From: Proteromonas lacertae
Lineage: Eukaryota
DNA length: 64,000 bases
Direction of reading: 5' to 3'
NCBI GenBank assembly: GCA_002245135.1
Contig: NGBS01001160.1
Location: 558,001 to 622,000 of the forward strand
The translations under genes and the position numbers were made by a program. A model generated the notes under the pieces. It did not search any database and had not been told where the DNA came from. It saw nothing but the letters and a program-made list of their open reading frames with translations. This document shows positions 40,673 through 51,690 of this stretch, piece by piece. Within the stretch, counting starts at the first letter, position 1; every line of letters starts with the position of its first letter.

Positions 40673-42171
40673 ATGTCTACAAACAGATCAAAGGTATTTC
40701 CAGTGTCTCTGTTAGACAGAAATATGCTGGATGATGGGTCTACTCAGTTTGCTCAATTTTTCTATCGTATGTTGGTATAGAATATCATATAGTAAATAAT
40801 CATGATGTAAAGCTTCTTCATGTATTTTATAACCGAATTGCTGAGTATTTAATCAATATCTACTTAATAGCAAAAAGAACAATCCACCTCTCTCTGTCTA
40901 TACGTTTTTAGGTAGTTTTGGTGAAAATGATATTCCTTTATTTGAAGGACTTTTCATCAAATTAAGTATTAATCTAATGGTTTTATATTTGTAGCTAATA
41001 GCAACATAGATTGGAACACATTTTTTAAGATTGTTATGTTTTTTGCGTTTGCTCCAAATGTATGTGTCTTTTATTCGTTAATTGCAATATTTTATAATTA
41101 CAATGGTTTAATTAGTTGGGAAAATATTACTGCATTAATTCAGCTGCTAAAAACAGAAAAGTTTATGGATTGTAGAGTTATACATACCTTTAAGAAATAC
41201 GATTTGTATTATTTTATTTTATTTTTTTTTTTGAATAATATAGAAATAATGATGGAAATCTAAACCTGAATCAATTCTACAACTTCGTATCAAAAACATA
41301 TAAAGTGTGGGAGCCGTTATATTTATTTAGAACCAACTTATTGAAACATTTCTTTCCTAATAATACACATTTAGTAATTCTAAATAGAATCAAGAATATA
41401 TCATCAATTCGTCAATATAAAGAAACACATAGAGGTAAATTTCCAAATCAATCGTTTTGTACTGAGTTAAAGAAGATATTATTTGATGATGAAAATCCTG
41501 ATCGTTATGATTATGAAAATAATGGAATAGTTCAATTCTCTGATTGTACAGCCACATTTATACATTTATTCAAAGATGTGGCTAATCTACCAAAAGAAGC
41601 ACCGTTTAATATGAATAATTTAAAGAAATTTGATCAATTGTATGATTTAAGAGAAATAGATCGATTTTATTACGAATTATGTAAAAGAAATGCAATTTTT
41701 ACTGGTAGTAATTCAGTTGGTAATAGATTAGATGCAGCTTATTCATCTACTTATTCTGAATATTCTACAAGATGTCAAACTGATAGAAGTATATCAATAT
41801 TAAGAGGAGATAGAACCTCATGTACAGCAACAAGAGATACAATTCCCAAACACTCTTCGTTGAAAGAATCATCCTATAAATGCAATTATATTACCAATGA
41901 ACATCTACTACCGCAATTACAACAACAACAACAACAACAACATAATTCTTTGTTGTTAGCACCGAAAATGGGACATAATAGGAATAATGGTAGTTCTTTG
42001 CCATTAGTTCCATCTAGTTCAAGTCATAATCCTTCTGGTATAGCAAATAAGAGTGAAGATCAACATTCTTTATACAACTATTCCAAATCAAATAGCCATA
42101 AGTCAAATAGTAAAGATAGTAAAATAAATAAAGAAAATACAAATGAAGAGAGTGACAATATAGGCATATAA
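40673..42171 (+). CDS. EF-hand family paralog B4
   Basis: MSTNRSKVFP..DRNMLD..FAQFFY; DWNTFFKIVMFFAFAP; YDL|NNDGNLNLNQF; ISILRG. Confidence 0.82.
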
Positions 42172-42386
42172 ATCTTTATACGGATATTTTAGAATATAAT
42201 TTTATCAATAAGTGCATATTATGTTAAATACATGATTAAGACCTTTAGATTTGTGTTTTATTGTGTTTGTGTTTGTCTTAATCCAACTTTTTTGTCTTTT
42301 GAATAACTTGGCTCGAAATCTTCATTTTGTAGTTTCATTTTCTAATTACTGCTATTTCTGTTATATGGGAGTAAAAGCTTTTTAGA

Positions 42387-43935
42387 ATGGAAGATAGAAA
42401 TAATCTCAATGAGTTTTCAGTGAAGATTGCTAAATATTTTTACAGTATTGAGATTCTTATAATAAGGAATAGTGAATACTTATGAGGTTCGTCATTTAGG
42501 AAAACTCTACATGAGTTTGAAAAAGTATATATCCTGTATGATTTATTCTATAGAAATAAAAACGATAATGTCATTTTTGGAGCTGCAATCATCAGAGATA
42601 TGTACATAAATCCAGTTCCTCTGTTTGATCATATTTTCTCATATTATGGTATTTGAAACTCATTTTATTTTCTTAAAATGTAGAAAATGTATTGGATTGG
42701 AATCATTTCTTTCAATTTATAATTTATTTCTCATTGTCGCCAATGATTGCTATATTCTATACGTTAATCAGAACATTCCCAGATGCAGGTAGAAAAATAA
42801 GTTGGAATCAGATATACAACTTCTGCTCTTTACTTGAGACGGATAATTATATTACAACTGCAACATATAACAAATTTGTTGCGTTAGACTTAAACAATGA
42901 TGGTAGTTTGAATTTTTCTCAATTCTTCAAATTTGTAACAGAAACATACGATTTGTGGGAACCATTGTATTTATTCAAAGTGGCATTAGTAATGAGATAT
43001 TTCCCAAACAATATGCATATTACAATGTTGGAGAGAAGGAAAAATATCAGCAAAATTAAAGATTATCAATTAAGACATATGAATAAATTACTTCCTCAAA
43101 CCTGTAATCAAGCCTTCATTAACCTGTTATGTGGTATTCCAAACCCTAGTAGATATGATTATGACAATGATACAACAGGTGGAGCAGTAATCTATAATCA
43201 AATTGTTAAAATATTCATAAAACAATTTGATCCAAATCACAATAGTCACAGAGTTGGTTTTTCAAATAATTATTTGAACTCTTTCAAAAGATTTGAAATC
43301 ATATATACCATTGATCAATACTTCTTATTATATTATCAAGAAGATGTTTCTAAAATTAAAGAGAAACAGAAAGTTGATCAATCTAAAACCCTTGTAAGTA
43401 TGTATGATTCATATTTATCAGAATCTTCTTGTTATAATAATAATAATGATAAATCATTTTCTGCATTATCAGGAAGAAAGACAACCACAAAATCAATATT
43501 GAGAACAACATCAGCTGTTATTACTAAATCATCCAGAAAGAATAATGTTGATTCTAATACCATTAATACTGCAAACAATAATGGTGTAAGTGTTGATGGA
43601 AATGAGAATAGTAAATTACACAAAGCTATTTCACAACAATCTGCCATTAGTACAGCTTCTGCTTTACATGCATCATTATATCCATCTCCTGTTCAACCTT
43701 TTCATCAACCAAATATACAACACAACAACAACAACAACAGTTAATTCAGAAACATAATACTCTAACATTATCATTATCTCCTCATTCTCACAGATCTGCT
43801 CCACTACATACGTTAGTGAAAGAGCAATCTACTGATAGTAGGATGCACAGTTTATTACCTGGTTTTATACCTGGTTCAGTTGATAGTGTTGCAACATTGA
43901 ATGAAGATTCACAGAATTATGATTCTGATATTTAA
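42387..43935 (+). CDS. EF-hand family paralog B5
   Basis: MEDRNNLNEFSVKIAKYFY; DWNHFFQFIIYFSLSP; DLNNDGSLNFSQF; KSILRT. A missing base in the (CAA)n tract near 43722 stops the ORF at 43744; the poly-Q frame stays open to TAA at 43935. Confidence 0.8.
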
Positions 43936-44206
43936 TTTTTAGGTATGTATATACTTAAGTAAAATAATTAGCTCATAATTAGGATATAATATAAATACTA
44001 TACATTTCTTATTGTTTTTTTTTAATAAATTTAATCCTAAAAATACAAAAGAATATACAGCTTATCTTTTTCTTCATTTCTTCATTTTCTCTCTTAACAA
44101 ATATATGTTTATAATACATATAATTAGTTTCTGCAATTCTCAAATTTCTTATAAAATATTTATTCGTTTCTATTTTAAACCGTTACTATATTTTTAATAC
44201 AATTCT

Positions 44207-47200
44207 ATGCCTAAAGGCAAATATAGATATAATGATGATGGAGATGATGGTGAAGAAGGTGACATAACCCCAAATTCTTATTCGGATGATGATAGATCCT
44301 CAGATAGAGGTCCAACTGGTATAGAAGGTGACTATAGAGATGAAGAATATTCCAATAGTGGGAGTGAAGACAGTGGTGATGAAATTATATACAATAAACA
44401 ACAGCCGATAGACCCAGTATGATTAATTCTCTATTTTACTGTTAATAATAGGCTTCATTCGATGAACTACATCAACGAATCGTAGAGAATGAAAGGAAAA
44501 TATTGGAATTAGAACAACAACAAAGAAAAGAAGATATACAAAAGAAGAGAATGATGGAAGAAGCTGAAGAAAATTGTCGAGTTGATACTACACTAAAGAA
44601 ATTAAAATCATTAGTATGTTTAAGTCCAAATAAAATCAATTCTGCTTTGGCTGGTCAACTTTCAGATTTTGAATTAACTCCAGAATGTATACTTGTTATA
44701 ACAGCATCAATTGAGAGTGTTATAAAGGCAATATTAGTTGGATCTATAGAACAATCTCAAGAATATTCTTCTAAAGTTCCAGATATTGTGTTAGGTAAAG
44801 ATAATAAGATAACTTTACCTATGATTCAAATAGCCTTAAGATTGTATATATAATAAATATTATTATTATTATTATTATATAGAAGTCCAAATTTGAATAA
44901 ATTATTTTCAAATCCAATGTTACAGATGGTATCTATGCAATATTTCGACAAATCTACACAAATATTATTAGACAAATACAAGCAAATATTGCAAAGAGAT
45001 AATATCAAAATGAACATGAATGATGACAAAAATAAAGATCAAAAAAAGACTCGAGCCAAGCTTATTGATTTATCAAATACACAAAACGTAGTAACACCTG
45101 TAGAGATTACTAAATTATTAAATAATTGTTATCCGATATATTCAATAGCAAATGATGGTTGTATTCTATTAATTGCAATAATTAATGAATATTTAAGATT
45201 ATTAGTTAGAAGAATATTATCATTAAGAAGTGATAGTTTGAATGATTCATTATTATTGAATATAATGAAGAGGTTATTAGATGTGGATATTGTTAAAGAT
45301 ATTAATCAGAAATATTACAGTATATATATATATTATTCTGATTTAAATAGTATTAAAAGGATTATATACTATGAATTGGTCAAGTCCAGAAATAGTGAAA
45401 ATAAAATTCCAAATGATTAATAGTAATGGAAAATATGGTAAAAAGAAGTTATATAGAATCAATAGAATTGATATGGTTAGAACAATTACTACTCAGTTTT
45501 ACACAGAGTTAAGAATTAACAGTGACGGATTAATATTGATATATAATGGAATACAAATACCTGATATTTCTACACCTGAAAGTATTTTCTTATTTTTTCT
45601 TATTTATTAATTATAGTGTTATGTATGGAGGAAGTGACTAATACAATATATGTTGCTAATAAAAGATGGTATACATTGAAACGAAGAAATGATGCACAAA
45701 AAGGATTGTTGAATGATGTAAAGTATATATATATATAAATATTATTATTGTTATTATTTATATAGTCCATCAAAAGAAGATGAATTCAGTTGTTTATTCC
45801 AAAAGAATTTAGCAAGAAAGAGTGAAATAAAACTACCCAATATCAACAAGAAAACACCCAAAAGTGATACAAAATATGAAAATGATAAAGTTGTGAAAGA
45901 ACGTCATTATGGTAGAGAAATAACCTTACCATCTAATCCCGATGAGAAATACAAACATTTACATAGAAATAGATTATTAAAAACCCCACAGAATGATGAT
46001 GATAATATTGATTATAGTAGATTAGAAAGTGCAAAACATGGCAAAATGATAAGTCCAAAAGCTAGAAAACCAGCAAGTAACAGACACTATAGAGAATGTG
46101 ATAATGATAATGATGATAATATATATGATTTAGAAACAATTGATGAAGAATATAAGAAATCACCTCAAAAGAATAAATCACCAGGTCATAATATCAATAA
46201 GAGTCCAATCATTATTCGATCACCAAAGAAACAACAACAACAAGAAACAAAGAAATCAAGACGTAAAGTGATTAGAAATGATGATGATGATGATAATGAA
46301 GATGACAGTGATGATAGTGAAGCTGAGAATATAATTCATCATTCACCAAAGAGATTCCAAACCTTACCTACTTCAACTAAGAATAAGAAAAAGAAGAATA
46401 ATGTGAATGTTGATGAATATGATGATTATGATGATGTTAGTGCAGAAATGAATGGAAATGAAATAGAATCAACATTACCAGCAAAACCACCAAAATCTAC
46501 TAAACATCATCACAAGAGAAAGTATTTAATAGGAAATGAATTATTGAGAAGATTAAGTGAATTGAAAACAACTATAACAGCAATATTAGATCCAACTAAG
46601 AGCAATTTAGAGAGTTTATTAGTGAATTATAAAAATGTGATAAACAATTTAGATAAAATTGATACTGATTTGTTATTAAGCGACAATACAGAACATAATG
46701 GAACTGAATTGAGTGTAATTCCAAGTGAATTAAAGAGCTTATATGTTCGAATTAAATGATTTGAATGATAAAACCATTGACAGATTGGGGCAATTGAGTG
46801 AATTATACGAAGAATATTACAGTATATATTATATATTTATATATTTATTATGTATAGATACTTTTATTGATAGTCGTGAAAAATCAATAATAAAAGAATC
46901 AACACCTGTATATCAACCAATGAAAGAAAGTCCACGAGTTGTAGATACTAAGAAAGAAGATTTATTTGAAGGAATAAAAGAAGAAGAACATCAGCAAGAT
47001 TCATCAAGACCAGAACCAAGTCCACCCAAAGATGATATAAGAAAATTAGAAGAAAATAACAACAAAGAAGAAGGAAATAAAGAAAAAGAAGAAGATAGTG
47101 TGAAATTAGAGCCAAAGAAATCTCCAATTGAAATAAAGCAAAGTGATCCATCTGCGAATGAATCAACAGAAGAAGTTAAAACAAAATCCAAAGCTAAACC

Positions 47201-47447
47201 AAAAGAGAAGAAAGTAGAAAAAAGACCAGAATCAAAAGCGAGTGATTTTAAAGAAGATTATGAAGAGATTGAAGAGAATAATAATGAAGAAAAACCTGAA
47301 GAGAATAGTGATAATGAAATAAAAGATGATTTTGAAGAAATAGAAAGAAATGGAAGAGTAACTCATAAAAGAAAGAGTGTGTTGGAAAATCAAATATTTC
47401 ATGATAATGTAGATGCTTGTGAAATCAGTGATGATGAACTGGAATAA
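44207..47447 (+). CDS. Protein with two putative histone-fold (H2A-like) segments, a SUMO-like domain and long low-complexity regions
   Basis: ECILVITASIESVIKAIL..KITLPMIQIALRL|..PNLNKLF resembles the H2A core; second segment VTPVEITKLL..GCILLIAIINEYLRLLV; SUMO-like LILIYNGIQIPDISTPE|MLCMEE..TIYV. Exons splice in frame except one frameshift near 46750. Confidence 0.55.
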
Positions 47448-47468
47448 TTAAATAACAATTAATTTATA

Positions 47469-49750
47469 TTTTGTTTTGATATTTGTTTTATATTTTTTTA
47501 TTCATAAAATAACATAAAAATAGTAGAATTGAGTTAATCTTCATGAGAAACTGAAAGTAATTCATGTTTATTACCTTCACAACAATAAAATGCTGAATAT
47601 GAATATAATGGAGAAGGTAAATCTTTAACAAGTAAAACAGGAGATGAATCATTATGACTAATCCAAAATTCTCTTTTATTCATATCAACAATCACTTCAT
47701 AAATTGATCCTTCTCCATGATTATTGATATTTGGATTATTATTAACAACTGTTCCAATATGACAATATATAGTAATATCATGACTTTTAGCATTCCATGC
47801 AACATAATTACAAGTTGTTTGTTGATTATAAATCTGTATACCAGAATATGTATTATTAGTTGATAATCCTAAATACATATATCCATTACATCCATCACCA
47901 AGTTTCAAATATTTGATTTTAATATGATAAATTCCATTTTCCATTATTAAATTTAAATAACAATGATTACACACTCCTGATGTTTGTTCTATTATTTTTC
48001 CATTATTTGATATTGTTATTCCTTTACATTTGTTTAATTCTGTGTATTTAATTTCCACAAATTCTAATGATATTTTGAATTTCTTTTCATTTCGAATATT
48101 CTTGCAAGTTATTTCATATTCTCTCTTTTCGATTTCTTTATTCACTTTTCCATAAATTATTCCATTTTCTTTATCTATCATCATTCCATCAGGTAATGAT
48201 GGATTTATTGAAAACTCACATTTTGTTCCATCAAATGAAGGAATTATTGACATTTCTTCATAAACAGAAAACAAATATTCTGATTGAGGATATGAGAATG
48301 ATTTTATCTTTTTCGTTTTTAATTCTTCTAATAATTCTTTATCAAATATTATTCTATTCAATTCTTCTTCTTTTTCATTTAATTTTATCTTTTGAACATA
48401 TTCGATCAACAATTCTTTTGATATTAATTTCTTAAATAGCATACTTCATTCAATAAATTAAAAAGAATTTCTTTTCCACAAAAAACTTCAATTGTTGAAA
48501 TGTGTTTTTTATTATCAACAAATAAACATAAACATTTCATTGTTCGATTTCTTTTACTTTCATTAAATTCATTCAATAATCTACTTAACAATTTGTTCTT
48601 CATTTCGATTGGTATTATTTCTTCTATCTTCATCTCCATTATAATATTTAATGTTATTTCAACCATTTTTATATCTTCATGGTTTAACAGTTTCATTAAA
48701 TCTTCTTTTGATTTATTCAATATTTCTTTTTGATTTCATTTAACTCTATTTCATTTTCTTCTTCAACATAATACTCATGAATTATTTCTATTAATTCTTC
48801 ATTATTTATATCATCAAAACTTGGAATATGAATATTATCTGTATTAATATTATATATTTCTATTTTTAACTCTCTTAATACCAATAAATCTTCTTCATCT
48901 ATTTCCTCTTCTTTTAATTCATTGAAATGAATTGACTTTTTCAACATTTTCACAAATTCTTCATTTTCTTCTTCTTCACACACTTTATTATTTTTGTACC
49001 ATTTTAATAATCGATTTAATAACCAATTCTCATCTTTTATTATCAGTTTTCGATTTGATAATATCAATTCCAAACTACTAATATTCATCTTTAACAACAA
49101 TTCATCTATAAGAATAAAATACTATATTTATACCATTGTTTAAGTATTTATATCCTTTTCTCATCAAGCATTTTTCACATATATCTTTCAACTCTTTCAC
49201 ATTCTTTACATCAAAAGAATGTAATATCTCCATCATTAATGAATCATTTATATGACTTTTTAAATATCTTTGACATATTCTCATTATTCCACTGTCATTG
49301 TAATACACACTAAATCTCAATATATCACAGATATTACTATCAGTTAATTCCATACATCCACCACTGTAGTATTTCTCTATCTCTAAAAATGACTTTATTT
49401 CACATATTTCATGGAGTTCTAATACTCCATTACTCTTTTCATCATTCAATAACTTCTTTATTGTAGCATTTCCATTCATCAGGATACTTTTTATACAGGT
49501 CACTTCTTCATTTCCTATTTTTACAATTAAATCACCAAAGCCATAATTCACTAGTTTTCTACTCAATCTATAAATATGTTAATGCATATTATACCCGCAA
49601 TTACTAATTTCATTATTATATAATTTCATTTCAGCAAAATATTAATTTTGGAATAGTTTTTGAAATATGATCGTTTCATTCTCATTCAAATCAGTTACAC
49701 TGAATAAATCAAGAATGAGAAATGATACTAACAAATAAACATATGAATTA
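47469..49750 (-). repeat. About 2.3-kb segment duplicated in inverted orientation at about 61532-63828
   Basis: The reverse complement matches nearly base for base, including upstream region, introns and 3' flank. Confidence 0.95.
47534..49629 (-). CDS. BTB/POZ-BACK protein with putative Ig (He_PIG-like) and C-terminal SPRY-like domain, copy 1 (two frameshifts)
   Basis: GDLIVKIG..CIKSIL..KYYSGGCMELTDSNI..CQRYL (BTB); LILSNRKLIIKDENWLLNRLLKW (BACK); FSINPSLPDGMMIDKENGIIYG (Ig-like); GIYHIKIK..MYLGL..EVIVDMNKREFWI..LPSPLY (SPRY-like). Confidence 0.7.
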
Positions 49751-50075
49751 AATATAGTGAGCATGAATAGAATGAAAAGTATATGAAAAGTACATTAAAA
49801 TACTTTAGGTAGTTATTTTAGTAACTTGAGTATATATGGTTGAAATATTGATACCTGCTAATAGAATTATGGTTGTTGTGAAAATATCTAAGATAATTAT
49901 CTATTATATCCTTCATTGAGAAGATAAAGTCATCATTCAACTGCACTACATCACAAACATTCATCATTATATCAAGCAGACTATTTGACACAGTTTTATC
50001 ACAAACTACAAAACAAAAAACTGTTTATGGTGTAAAAACAGCAAAAGTCGTTATAAAATCTATTTTTGTTATAAA

Positions 50076-51115
50076 ATGAATTATTATGGAAAGAGAATAG
50101 GGTTTTGTTTTGATTTGGTGGGTGTTATTTCACTTCCTAGAGCTTTGAGCAAACGAGTACCTGTAGATGGAACTGAAAGGCTGTTAAAAGAACTAGATAA
50201 ACAAAATATCCCTTGGGTTGTAGTGTCTAACTCTTCATATCTAACAGAGACAGAATTTACAAAGTATAAATGGTATTTACTATTATATTTGTTAGACAAT
50301 TATCTTCTATGTATGATAATTATGAGTTTACCGAAGATCATATAGTGATGTCATCAACAGCAACTAGAAAATTATCTGAAGATGCACTAAAAACCTTAAT
50401 AATTGGTGATACAGATAAATCTTCAGAAAGATTAGCTGATTATTTTGGTTTTACCAACTATGTTACAATTCAAGAATACATTCGTAAAAGACCGTACTTA
50501 TTTCCCTATGAAAATAGAGAAATGAATAATGAAAAAGAAGTATATAATGAAATAGAAGAAGATATTGATGATCCAATTAAACAAATAGTATTGTATGTAT
50601 TACCATATGATTGGCAACCAATATTACAAGTATTATTAGATTTATTAAGTTCTGATGGTATTCCAAATAACAAAGTGAATAGTCAAATAGTAGATTTTTA
50701 TGTAACAAATTGTGATTTTACATTTATATCTCAATGTTTATATCCTCAATATACGACTGGTGCTTTTATTGAAATATTGAAAGAATTGTTTAAAGAAGAA
50801 TATTCATTTGAAGTAAAAGTGACATTATTAGGTAAGCCATCAGGTAAAACATTTAGTTGTTGTCATCAAAAATTACAGAATCTTTGTAGTGATATAAAAA
50901 CAGTATATATGATAGGTGATAATGTGTTGAATGATGTAGGAGGATCAAATGAATTTGCTTGTAAAGGAAATGAATGGAAAAGTGTATTAGTTAAAACCGG
51001 TATCTATAAAGAAGGAGATGATACCAGAAAGTTTGAGATAGAATGCATAGGTGAGAATGTAATAGAAGTAGTAAAAATGATATGTGAAAAACATTCAATT
51101 CAATTATGTTTGTGA
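50076..51115 (+). CDS. HAD subfamily IIA hydrolase (HDHD5/CECR5-like)
   Basis: IGFCFDLVGV (motif I), VVVSNS, DWQPILQVLLDLL, TNCDF, LGKP, YMIGDN..DVGG, SVLVKTGIY; one intron at about 50266-50295. Confidence 0.85.
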
Positions 51116-51276
51116 TTTATACTTTTAATATAACTTGAGCATTGCTTCTGTGTGTTTAGTGTAATTTTAGTAGAAATTAGCTTTATAGAAACAAAATATG
51201 AAAATATAGTCGTTTAATTTTTATATAATATATCTGTTTTTGTGTTATATGCACAATATAATCATATAACAATGAG

Positions 51277-51485
51277 TTAATCTTTATGAGAAACTGAAAG
51301 TAATTCAAGTTTATTACCTTCACAACACTGAAATGCTGAATATGGATATACTGGAGAAGGTAATAAACAATTACTTCATAAATTGATAATTCTCCATGAT
51401 TATTGAAATTTAGATTTTCAGCTACAATTGTTCCAATATGCCCTCTTGGGGTAATATCTTTACTTTTACCACCATATGCATAATA
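51277..51485 (-). pseudogene. Truncated, internally deleted 3' fragment of the BTB-SPRY-like family
   Basis: Translates to ..KSKDITPRGHIGTIV..NNHGELSIYEVIV-[deletion]-LPSPVYPYSAFQCCEGNKLELLSVSHKD*, homologous to the end of 47534-48442. Confidence 0.85.
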
Positions 51486-51690
51486 ATTATAATGAAATTC
51501 AAATGATTTTTATAATAATTACATATTGTTAATTTTTCCATTAAAGTCTAGCATTTACATTATTATTTATTTTCTACATGTTGTGATATTTATATCAGTA
51601 TTAGTAATCCTTAGTCAAGAGATATTCAATCATCAAAATATCAAGCTTTCAAGCCTTTCAAATAACGATTTTTTGTTTTTTGAATTATCT

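Noticed and set aside
42365..42389. 15-nt micro-intron GTAAAAGCTTTTTAG after ATGGGA
   Set aside because: Splicing it leads to an in-frame stop; a start at 42387 or a homopolymer error is simpler.
42785..42805. RKISW (and KLVSW in A1) as the RVxF partner of SILK
   Set aside because: It falls at a degenerate EF-loop position in the folded core, and the basic residue is not conserved across paralogs.
36535..43740. (GGT)n, (AAT/AAC)n and (CAA)n tracts as a repeat array or CRISPR
   Set aside because: Simple coding microsatellites (poly-G/N/Q) with no repeat-spacer structure; eukaryotic context.
49750..50070. ncRNA or tRNA in the longer intergenic gaps (also 9600-9980 and 35165-35500)
   Set aside because: No cloverleaf, box motifs or convincing stems seen by eye; an Infernal or tRNAscan run would be needed.
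33290..51115. Stop codons created by polyadenylation (Blastocystis-type, TGTTTGTT signal)
   Set aside because: TGTT-rich tracts do follow many genes (exact TGTTTGTT at 33305; TGTTTGTG overlapping the HAD stop), but every gene model here has a genomic stop, and cleavage just upstream of the HAD motif would not create TAA.
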